This document shows, piece by piece, positions 12,598 through 23,872 of a stretch of DNA of 60,000 bases. This stretch comes from Callorhinchus milii (taxonomy: Eukaryota). A program made the position numbers and the translations under genes. Each line of letters starts with the position of its first letter. The stretch's first letter is position 1. The stretch covers positions 78,308,001 to 78,368,000 of the forward strand of contig NW_024704743.1 in NCBI RefSeq assembly GCF_018977255.1, given 5' to 3'. The notes below the pieces were generated by a model, which had not been told where the DNA came from, did not search any database, and saw nothing but the letters and a program-made list of their open reading frames with translations.

Positions 12598-13284
12598 CAC
12601 ATTTCATTACCGTAATGACCCACATAAAGTAATGGTCTCCTGACTTTGTTGGGACAAAACCAGATTTGTTTTTAACAAAATCAAAATAAATACATGTGTA
12701 CATACACTTCACAATTGCAGGGAGTTCAAAATTAGTGGCACCATCCTAATTGAAAATCCTCCTCAAGTACGAGAGCGAGACTGAGTCACTCAGCTTGTAC
12801 ACTACCTCTCCCCCCTCCCAAATTTGGTCCAATGACAATGTCTGAATGATTCAATTTATCAGTAGCACTAGAAGATTTCAGAGTTTCTTTGTTAAAAATA
12901 TCAACACTGCAAGGTTTTCCTTTCTTGTCCATCCTTCCCCTTCTTCTAACACACAAAGTCACTCCACTCCCCTGGATTTCTCACATCTCTGGGTTGTCTA
13001 TTCAGTATCATTTGATTCTCATTACAGTGACATATGCATTTTTCCAACAGTCTTGAGGTAAGTTTTCATACATAAAAAGGATTTGTGACAAGTGGAATAT
13101 TTCTTTGCTTTTAATTTATAAACTGGCATAAGAAGATCAATTTGTAGTTGAGGCTTTGAGCCCTTTTGAAATTAAATAAGCCTTAGCAATAAACTTAACA
13201 ATTTGCTCAAACTTCACTATAATAAAGAGCACACCAGGTTACACATTAGACATTAATCGTACAGAAAATAAACAGAAATCCTAC

Positions 13285-13338
13285 CAGAGGTCCATGTTGT
13301 CCATCTGCCCCAGGCAAACCTTGGTTTCCAGTCTCTCC
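13285..13338 (-). CDS. col21a1: Gly-X-Y exon GETGNQGLPGADGQHGPL (last collagen exon found in the window)
   Basis: 54 nt, ccccag| and |gtagga; follows a 20,382-nt intron (13339..33720). Confidence 0.92.
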
Positions 13339-16300
13339 CTGGGGGAGAAAAAAATGAATTTGATTAATTAACTACAGGTTCCTAAAAGGCTCCAAACAAA
13401 CAAGCTGATTTCAAAGGAGTGTTGATTGTGAAATGTCATTATTGTACTTAAAATAGCAGGCTTTGTTGGGACAAAACTTCAGAATTAATTTTCCTAAAAA
13501 AAATCAGAACAAAAATGCACGTGCAAACCTCATAATTGATGGGGCTTCAAAAATAATTTCAAAAGAAATACATTCAAAAAAGAAGAGTTGGGTATCTCCC
13601 ATTTCGAATCAGCAACAAAATAAATCATTTTAATTAGCGATAGCTGTGAGTCAGGCCTTACAGTCTATGTTTCAATCCAACACTACTATTATGTCAAACT
13701 CTAAAATAGTAACTGCTGAGAAATGCAACATGTGCAGCAATTTTTTTTAAGTTAAAAAGAATGTAGGCAGCTCAACTCATAATTTACAAACAGAATTCCT
13801 CTCCTCTGTCATGGTCATAGGCTATAGCTCAAAACCGATCAGAAATAGATAACTGTTATAGAGTAAAAAGAGCCAAAGGGCATTCTTCATCCAAACTAAT
13901 CTGGTGATATGTGCCACAGAACTTGGTGACTTTGCTCCTGCTTTTTAAAAAAAATTCTGGCACTGTTATTTGGCTCGAGATCACAAAAAAATCTTTATGG
14001 ATCTTGACATTATCACAAATTTGTTTTTGCACAAATGCTGGACAATCTTCAAAATCTGTAAATCAGTGAAACAATTTTGACTCATCTCCTCCTTTGCTTG
14101 TTTCTTTCCTCTGCATTTTTTAAGATGGGATGGGGAGGGGGGTGGTGTGAAAACTGTCCTCCTCACTCACCAAATAGGGCCGGTCTGAAGGTGATTGCAC
14201 CAGGACACAACTTGATGTACAAATGTAATTTTTTCACTTTGACATTCTGTAAACTCCACAGCAAGATTCACATCCTTGTTACATTTATAAGTTGAAATAC
14301 GACTGTTAAAGTCCAATAGGTGCCAACTGGATTAAACCATTAAACCAATGATTTAAGCCTTCTTCACCCAAACCATTCTGGTCATCTTGTCCTTCCAGAG
14401 CACCCATCCTGCTCATCTTCCAATTACACTACTAAGCAGTTTCTTAAATGAATCCAATTTTGCGGCCTCAAAAAACTCTTCTTGGTAAACCTCGGTTTAA
14501 AAAAAGTTAATCCTGCAACAGAATGCAGCAACTAGTTCCAAACTATCATTTTATTTCATCCTAAAAAAAATTAGCTCTCCGTCACTGAAATAGAAGAGTA
14601 GAATTTCAGTGAAATGTAGATAATAGCTACTGACAGCTATCATTAACTTCAGACAAACACATCATTTCCTTCCACCAACCAGAGAATCCGGTCTTGATGG
14701 ATGCCTTTGAGCCATCAAGTGCAATAAAGGCAATCCAGTGATGTAGAAGAATTGTTATGAAATGAACTGTTATGACTTTTTAATTCAGATTGAAAGTCTT
14801 CAATCGTTGCATATATTTTTATAAAATGAATGTAAAAGAAAATGGATCAATGTCAATTAAACTCAAAACTTTGGCATTAACTTTTCACGATGATTTTAAA
14901 ATGTTAATCAAAACACTGATCCTGGAAAAATGAACAGTACAAATGTAGATTTTATGAGTCCAAATTATACTTTATGGGCAGAGGATAGGAAAATAAAATT
15001 GAAAGAGATTTCAAAGGTAAGGAGAAGCAAAACCTGAAAAGGATTTGAAGGTGACGAACTTTATGTTAAAGTTCATGAGCTACTGATAGGCAATGGAGTC
15101 TGGAGTAAAAGTGTGGTTCTAGTATGGAACAGAACAGAAAGTCAATATAAGTCAGTCAATCACTCAACCTGTGCAACACACTCATTCCTCAACCTGGAGG
15201 ACACACTCAGTCAGTCATCTAAGATGGTTATTATTCTATGGGTCTGCCACAATCATTGCACTAATATCAGCTGTGAAGAATTTAAACAGAATAATCTTCA
15301 CCTGGTAGCTCTTATCTGAAGACCCTGGCAAGCTCTTGGGCTGCAGCCATACTAGCTACAACCAGGCAAAAAGTTTACATGAGCAATTGTTAGTTATTAT
15401 TACAAATGTTCGCAAGTCCTCAATGCACAAAATGCTTTCCTTATTTTCCTGTCAGATGTCTCAACCTTTTTATCACCATATATATTGAGAATGCAACATT
15501 GGGAACAAACCTCAATTTCAACAGACCGTTATTTCTATATACAGTTTACGGCTTGAAAGAGTTTATAAGTTTGTAATATATGTTTATTATAATAACAGTA
15601 AAATTGCAAACCACAAATTACCTTTGCCATTCTAATTTATAACTACTGTATTACTTTCTGACTTGCAGCTGAGGGTATAAGGGAATGTTCTGTAATATTT
15701 TCATTTGACTAAGATAAACAATTAGATGGCGACTACTCTCCTTACAAGTTTTCTGGCTTGATGCATTGTACAAGTTTACCAATAGACTGTTCAAATCTGA
15801 GAATCTGAAGATCTATAAGTGTGCTGGAAGCTTGGTATAAAGGAGCAGGGTAAAACAGTGCAAGTGACAGTACCTCAGGCAATTCAGGTTGGACAATGCA
15901 CATTTTTTTAATGAACTCTGTTCATACATTAGCCTATCAGCTGTACTATGGCAGTGTAGATGTTTGAGCTTTATTCGCAGCCCAGCCACAGTGTCTACTT
16001 TTGAAAATCTCTGAGGTTTCTCTTATTCTGTTACATGAATCTTGGGTGTTTCTCCTCATGATTTCCACTATCAACAGTCGTAGAGACCAGGAGATGTGTC
16101 CTGAATATCAGGTATCAGTGTTCCTAACCTCTTTCGTTCAAAATAAACTTCCAAAAATGTTACCAGTTCTGAATATTCAGCTTCCAGAGTGGCAGCAACA
16201 GCACACAAGGCATTCAGTAGCTGAAAGCACTCAGCCACATTATAGCCACTCAAGATAGATCAGATCAGTTTTTCCATCGTAATTGCCCCACAATGCCAGA

Positions 16301-17442
16301 AGAGCAGTTGTTGACACACTCTGCTGGGTTGTCACTCTGTTCAAGAAAAGGAGAACCTGCTATTATAATATGGGTTTCACTTTTCTTACAATCTTGTTAT
16401 TGGGCACTATTTAAAGTTATTGTGGTTGCTGAAAGATTTCTTACAACTTTTGTAGATTTAACAAACTGATATAGCCGAAGCAGAGAACGTCAATTCAAGT
16501 CACCAGTACTTTAGTCATGTTCGGGTCAGTGCCTCTGATAAGGCTTCTATAAAAATTTTTGATGTAGCTAATCAAAATTCCCCTATGGACATTTGAACCA
16601 AGAGATGAATAATAGGAGGCAGAAGATTTGAAGCAAGATACAAAGGTAAAGGTGTTCTCGGTCAGCATGGGTCACCATATTTGAGGAGGGTTAGCCTGCA
16701 GGGGATGGCTCCTTGGTTACAACTCCTGATGATTTGAGTATACATACAGCATAGGCCACTTCACTTGATAGAATGACCTCTCCAGAAATAAGTTGAACTA
16801 TAAATGACAGGCCTTTAATCATGTCCAAATTTTTCTACACAAACAACTAATGTTACAAACCACAGAGTGGGTATGTGATTTTTTGGGGATTTGCAACATA
16901 ACTAATTCTTAGTAAATATTTGCAAATTATAGTTTGCCAATTAACATAGTATTCCATCATTACATTCAGGAGCTCTTTGCCTGCTTGGCCCAACGATTAG
17001 TATGTCATGTCCTGTGTATGCAACATTGATTTATTATCATTTATACTAAGAAAGAATTCTGTGGACTTTCCCTCAAGAGTTTTAAGGAACAACAATCTGT
17101 AACTTCAGAAAGGAAGAATGTTCAGCCTCAAAGCCAGCTCAGAATAACACTTCTTCAAGGTTAATGCCTGTCTGCTGAAATGTTCACAGGGACATCAACA
17201 GCAAACTGCATTCTTATCTCAGGGGCCAATGAAGCCATAATTTTATGAATGACCGAGCAGCTTGGAGATACACGGCTCAGGCATTTTTGGATTCAGCACT
17301 TGTTTTGAGGCAGGGTCATGTTTCTAATTTAATCTAATCACGGGTTTGGCACCACAAGGTTTTGGACAATGGTATGAAAGTTTCTGGAAAAATTTTAGCT
17401 GGCTGCATTCCTTCTACAAGTTAAAACTTAAAACATCCATTC

Positions 17443-17746
17443 ATAATAATAATCCTTGCATTTGATATAGCGCTTCTCACGTTGGGAGGACGTCCCAAAG
17501 TGCTTCACAGAACACACTGTAAAGTGAATTGACTGTATATTTGTGGGCGAACGCGGCAGCCAATTGCGCACAGCAATGTCCCACAAACAGTCGTGGATTG
17601 AAAATGACCAATTTATTATTGTTTTGGTTTTTCGAGTGATAATTATTAAGCGTGTGGAGTAAGGAAACTTGCCCAAGGTTTCGCCCTGCCTGGAATTGAA
17701 CTCAGGTCTCTCGTTTGCAAAGCGAGCGCTCTAACCATTGAGCTAC
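17443..17746 (-). mobile_element. Young tRNA-Ala-headed SINE
   Basis: Near-identical to family consensus. Confidence 0.92.
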
Positions 17747-17747
17747 A

Positions 17748-19441
17748 TAAAACAGAAAAAGGAGGCTTATCCAAAATACAGAAGATAATCAAATAGAATA
17801 TAGAAAGTACAGAGGAGAACTGAAAAAACAAATAAGAGAGGCAAAGAGATTGTATGAGAAAAGATTAGCGGGTAACCTGAAAGGGATCTCTAAGATATTT
17901 TATAAGCATTTAAAGAATAAAAGGTTAGTCAAAGGTAGGGTGGTTCCAATTAGGGACCAAAGAGGAAATCATCCTGTGGAGGCAGAGGGCATGGCTGATG
18001 TACTGAATGAGTACTTTGCATCCGTCTTCACAAAAGAAGTGAATAATAATAACAATGATCCTTGCATTTGACATAGCTCTTTTCACATCTTCTAGACATC
18101 TCAAAGCACTTCAAATCTCCCTAATTGACGCGGCAGCCAATTGCTCACAGCAGTGTCCCACAAACAGTCATGGATTGGAGTGACCAATTTATTATTGTCT
18201 TTTCATGAGAGATTATTATCAGGCGTGTGGAGTAAGGAAACTTACCCAAGCTTTCACCCTGCCGGGAATCGAACCCAGGTCTCTCACTTGCGAGGTGAGT
18301 GCTCTAACCACCGAGCTACAAAACTCGAGATGCAGCCAATGCCAGTATCAGAGGAAAGGGTAGAGAAATTAGATAAGATATGAATAAACCAAGAGGTACT
18401 AAAAAGGTTGTTGGTGCTCAAGGTAGATAAGTCACTCGTCCGTACAGGATCCATCCTAGGTTACTGAGGGAAGTAAAGGTGGAAATAACGGAGGCTCTGG
18501 CCATAATCTTTCAATCTTCCTTGGACACCAGGGTGGGGCCAGAGGACTGGAAGGTTGCACATGTTACTCCCCTGTACAAACAGGGCAGAAGGATAAACCT
18601 GGGACTACAGGCCAGTCAGCCAAACGTCAGTGATGGGGAAACTTCTAGAGGCTATAATCTGGGACAAAATAAATTTTCACTGAGAAAAATATGGGTTAAT
18701 AAAGGTCAGCCAAAGTGGATTTGTTGAAGGCAAATCATGTCTAACAAACCTGAATTTTTTGATGAAGTAACGGAGAGGGTGGATGAAGGTTGATGTAGTT
18801 TCTATGGATTTTTAATAGTGGTTGATAAAATGCCACACAAGAGACTTGTAAGCAAAATAGAAGCCCACAGTATTAAAGGGACAGTGGCAGCGGGGTTTAC
18901 AGAATTGGTTGGGAGACAGAAAGCAGAGAATGGTGTTGAACGGTTGATTTTCTGACTGGAGGGAAGTGTGCAGTGGTGAATTGGGGTCAGTATTGGGACC
19001 ATTGCTGCTTTTGATCTATATAAATGACCTGGACTTAGATATAAGGAGTACAATTTCCAAGTTTGCAGATGATACTAAGCTGGAAAAGTAGTAAACAGAG
19101 AGGAGGATAGTAGCAGACTGCAAATGCACATAGACAGACTGATAAAATTGGCAGACACATGGCAGATGAAGTTTAATGTGGAGAAATGCTATGTGATACA
19201 TTTTGGGAGGAAGAATGAGGTGAGGCAATATAAGCTGATGGTACAAACTTCAAAGGGGTGAAGGAACAGAGAGACCTGGGGGTTCATATAAGTAAATCTT
19301 TGAAGGGCATGGCAGGTAGATAAAGCTGTTAAAAAAGCATATGAGATACTAGGCTTAACAAATAGGGGCATAGAATACAAAAGTCAGGAAGTTATGAAGA
19401 ACTTTTGTAAAACACTAGTTGGACCTCAGCTAGAGTACTGC
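17748..19441 (+). mobile_element. CR1 LINE ORF2 fragment (degenerate RT), interrupted by a SINE
   Basis: EGMADVLNEYFASVFTKE, ALAIIFQSSLDT...PEDWKVAHVTPLYK, FADDTKL at about 19062, KTLVGPQLEYC; typical CR1 ORF2 with stops and frameshifts. Confidence 0.92.
18043..18320 (-). mobile_element. tRNA-headed SINE inserted into the CR1 fragment
   Basis: Family head and tail; CR1 sequence resumes on both sides. Confidence 0.88.
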
Positions 19442-20380
19442 AACAAAAACAGAATTCGCTGGGAACACTCAGCAGGTGAGGCAGCATCTATGGAGAAAGG
19501 AAAGCGAGTCAACGTTTTGGGTCCACGACCCTTCGTCAGAACTGGGGCATGTTGGGAGGGAGAGGCTTTTAAGGGCTAACAGAGAGGGGGAGGCAGGGCA
19601 AGGAAGACAAAGAAAAAATGGGGTAGAGGACAGGGGATGATGGGTTAAAGAGGTGTTAATGATGCAAAACATAGGTGGAGATTGCAACAAAGCAGGGGAA
19701 GAGAGGTGTTAATACTGAGAATAAAGGGGGGAGAATTGTAACAAAATAGGCAGACCAAAAAGGGGTGTCTGAGACCAAGATGATGTGGGAATGTTCACAG
19801 AAGAGGGCGAGGGGGAAGGTGAGCTGTTATGGTCTGAAATTGTTGAAAGCAATATTGAGGCCAGAGGGCTGTAAGTTCCCTCGCAGATGAATAAGGTGCT
19901 GTTCCTCAAGCTTGCACTGTGGCTCATTGGAACAGTGAAGGAGACCGTGGGTGGAGAGGTCAGAGTGCGGGTGGGAGGGAAAGTTGAAGTTGCAAGAAAC
20001 CGGAAGCTCAGGGCTGTGCTTGCGGACAGAATGGACGTGTTCGGCAAATCGGCCACCCAATCTGCGTTTTGTCTTCCCAATGTAGAGGAGACCACATCGT
20101 GAGCAGCGAATTCAGTAAACTACATTGGTGGTGGTACACGTAAATCACTGTCTCATTTGAAATCTGTGTTTGGGGCCCTGGACAGTGGTATGGGAGGAGG
20201 TGAAAGGTATTGCATCTCCTGCACTGGCATGGGAAGGTGCCAAGGGGAGGAGAAGGACTGTTGGTGATGATGGAGGAATGAACTAGGGAGTCACGGAGGG
20301 AAAACTTCTTCAGAAGGCTGAGAGACGAGGGGAGGGAAAGGTATGCTTAGTGATTGGAGGTGCTGGAAATGGCGGAGAAT
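19442..20380 (-). mobile_element. Penelope-like element 3' fragment with GIY-YIG endonuclease remnant and pLTR
   Basis: YIGKTKRRLGGRFAEHVHSVRKHSPELPVS...LEEQHLIHLRGNLQPSGLNIAFNNF, followed by the terminal repeat carrying a hammerhead-like motif. Confidence 0.9.
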
Positions 20381-20827
20381 TATTTTTGGATGGTATATTT
20401 TAGTGTTTGTTAAAATCATTAGAAAGTCTTGGGTGAGCATAACTGCAATTAAAAGAGGAAGGAAACTGACAAAGGACATGACAAATGTCACTCCATCTTC
20501 AGAAACATTTTTTTTCCTCCAGCTGTTAAAATTTGTTAACTACTAACAAAAGTCATTAATTTGATTCCACAGTCTGAGAAGGCATATTTTTGTAATTTAT
20601 AACCAAAAGAAATTAGAAAATAATGTGTTTTTAAAAATGCACTTCCCCTTCTCAAAAAAAGAGGAAAACACATTTCAGCCAACTGTTAATGCTGCCAAAT
20701 GAGTGAAACTATTCTTTGTATATAAAAGGGCAATGGCCACAGCCCTGGAGATGGCAGGCTGTGCAATCCAGGGATTAAGCAGTGATCAGGTGGGTACAAT
20801 ATGTCAGTGGGTGCGGTAAAAGTGAAA

Positions 20828-22760
20828 CAACAACAACAAATTACACTTGTATAGCGCCCTTCACATCAGAAAGATGCCCCAGGGCGCTGGACAATCAGGG
20901 GTTTTGGACCCAAGCTGGGAGTTGGGGTCAGAAGGGGAGGAGGGCAGGGGGGGTTGGCGCTGGGAGGGTGGCCGAAGGCACAATTGAAGAGGAAGGTCTT
21001 CAGACGGGACTTGAAGAAGGCAAGAGAGGAAGTGAGGTGGAGGGATTGTGGGATAGAGTTTCAGAGTGCGGGACAGAGACGCTGAATGCCCGACCACCAA
21101 TGGTGGGGCAGGAAGTGCAGGGGGCCTGAAGCAGGCCTGTGTCCGCCGAGTGGAGGGATCGGGCAGGCTGATATGGGGTTATGAGGTCAGAAAGGTAGGG
21201 GAGCAAGACCATGGAAGGCCTTGAAGGTAAGAATAAGGGTTTTGTGCTCGACTCGACTCGGAATGGGGAGCCAGTGAAGCCGGGCAAGAATGGGGGTGAT
21301 AGGTTCCTGGAGCCTGGTGCAGGAGAGGACACAATCTGCAGCTTGTGGAGGGAAGAGTTGGGATATCCAGTAAGCAGGCAGTTTGTGTAGTCAAGCCAGG
21401 ATGTAATGAAAGCGTGGATCAGGGTCTCAGCGGGCCTGCAGTAAGAGGCAGTAGCAGAGGCGGGCAATGTTGCGGAGGTGGGGAAAGGTAGAACGGGTCA
21501 CAGCATGAATGTGGGGTTTGAAGGATAGCTGAGGGTTGAAAAGAAGACCGAGATTTCAGATTGGCTTGGTGAGGTGAAGAGTGCAGCCATGAATGGTGAT
21601 AGTGTCAATGGCTAAAGTGAGAAAGCGCTGCAGGGAGCCAAGCAGGAGTGGCTCTGTCTTGCCAACATTGAGCTGGAGGAAGTTGGCTCTTGTCCAGGAC
21701 TTGATGTCAGACGACAATTTGCCAGGGTATCAACGGTCCCAGGTGATCACCAGGTCTAGCAGGTGGCCATGAATATGCGTGGCGGAGTTGATGTGGATGG
21801 AGAGATTGTGAGAGGAGAGAAGAAAGAAAACGTCAGCAGATGTGGAGCAAGGAGGGGTGAACTGGAGATTAAATACAGCCAAGATGATGAGGTGTTCAGA
21901 ACAGACCAGAGGGAAGACAGGAGGGTGAAGATGTCAGAGAGGAAAGTGGAGGACGGTTTGGGGGGACGATAGATGAGGAGGATTTTTAAGGAGTGATTGG
22001 AGGAGTAAGAGGATAGACACAGTGAGGACCTGGAGATGAAGGCCACATCACCTCCATGACAGTTGGGTCAGGGGCATGATGGAAGATATAGCCAGGTGGC
22101 GTGGCCTCAGTAAGGCGAAAGATGTCACCTAGAGTGATCCAGGTTTTAGTGAGAGCAACAATGTTGAGTTTTTCATCCACAATGAGGTTGTGGACAGTGA
22201 CGGCTTTATTAGATAGAGTCCAGACATCTTGAAGGGCAATGCGGAGGGACAGACAGCAGAGGAGTTTGAGGGGGTAGGAAGATTGGCAGGAAAGGTGGGA
22301 ACGTGAATGAGACCGATGGGGCTGGTGGTGAAAATGGAGGATGGGGCAGTCAGGGTGGCTGCTGTTGGACAGCCAACCGCGTATGCCACGATGAGCCTGT
22401 TGGAGGATTCCAAGGCTGGAACAGAAGGAAGCTGTGGGTGGGTCCAGGAGGGAAAGGATATGGGAGAATGGTAGGAAAGGAGGAGCAAACAGGAGTACTG
22501 TAGGATAGGAGACAGCAGAAGGGGCATGTTGGGGGATGGTAGCTTGGGTTGGGGGCAGCAGCCAGATGCGCACCCGGAGACTGAGAGAGAACGATGAGTC
22601 AGGGGGGCATGGTCAGTCATATGGAGAGGGGGGTGGGGGCTGTAGGAGATAGCGTAGAGTGGGGAGGATGGCAATCATGGCTGGACAAGAGCCAGAGAGG
22701 AGAAGAGATAATGGACTGGGTGGGAAAGGAGAGATAGGAATGGTAACAGAATAGGACAAC
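20828..22760 (-). mobile_element. L2 LINE, internally deleted (5'/APE part joined to post-RT 3' end)
   Basis: NIVALTKTWI and LLIYRPPKP (APE); ETLIHAFITSWLDYTNCLL and GGRAFSVS (C-terminus); junction near 21720; (CAA)n tail. Confidence 0.85.
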
Positions 22761-23312
22761 TTCCAGTTAGTTAGATCATTAGGTCACCACTTGCATCTCC
22801 TCTTTTACAAAGTGATGTCAGCAGCACTTCCTGTGTGTATCAAGAATGATATGACAACACAGAAGTCGAATTAAGTGAAGAAACTGGCTAGTCAACGATT
22901 GTTGTGCTGTCCTTCCAGTCACTGGGGCAGAGATTCTTCACATCCCGGTACCATTAATCCTGTAGGCCAAAGCCTTAGCAGGTAGGGTGGTCCTAGCTGG
23001 ACAAACGGTGGAAAAGCTTGCAAGGCAGTGCTTTCAATTGTAAACTATGCAGTTTTAACTGGTTAGACTCCAGAAGTACCCCAACTCACACACTAGGGTC
23101 CCCAAACCATGGCTCTTGCCAACCTGCGCCTAATATGTTCCAGAAATACGTAAATAAAAATGACAACAACAACAAATTACATTTGTATAGCAGGGTGCAT
23201 CCCTCCAGGGAGATAGTGCACATTTCATTCCAACAATCTATCTCTGGGATTTTCATATGTAGGTGGGATGCATGGAATTCTTAGCTTAGTTTGGATACTC
23301 TTAAACATGGTG

Positions 23313-23362
<50 letters not shown>
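23313..23362. repeat. (TAA)n microsatellite
   Basis: About 16 perfect TAA units. Confidence 0.95.
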
Positions 23363-23851
23363 TATTATCATGTGGTGATGGGTTTCTGCATGTGTCAGAC
23401 ATCTGGCTGACCAAAAAAAAAAGCCCTACTGCTTATTGATGATCCATAGGAGACCCCATGCTATTAGTGAATCAGCACTATACAAAGGACATGATAATGG
23501 GAGTGCCCCGTAATCCTTGCATTTCATACAACACCTAGAATGTTGAAACTTCTCAAAGCTGATGCCGACTGTGGCACCTCTACTAGGATCAGCTAACAAA
23601 CCAGGAGTCAAACCTAGGATCTTTCGGTTCTACAGTAGAACTCTGTTATAATGTGCTTTATTGTAATGTAGATTTGCTTGTATTTACTTACCATAAAGTC
23701 CAAAATGTACTCAGGAAGCTGGTCAACTCACTTCAAAACCCCAGCCAGCTTCTCGTGCACTAAAAGAGGGCTGCAGGAAATGACCTCGGCAGCAGCATGA
23801 TAACACAGAAGTTGGCCATTTTTAGCACAGAAAGCTTGTCCCTTTCTGTAT

Positions 23852-23872
23852 ACACACACACACACACACACA
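23852..23872. repeat. (CA)n microsatellite
   Basis: About 10 CA units. Confidence 0.9.

Noticed and set aside
21986..22674. Long Pro/Ser-rich ORFs of 181-195 aa
   Set aside because: Low-complexity frames in the pyrimidine-rich 5' region of a degenerate L2.
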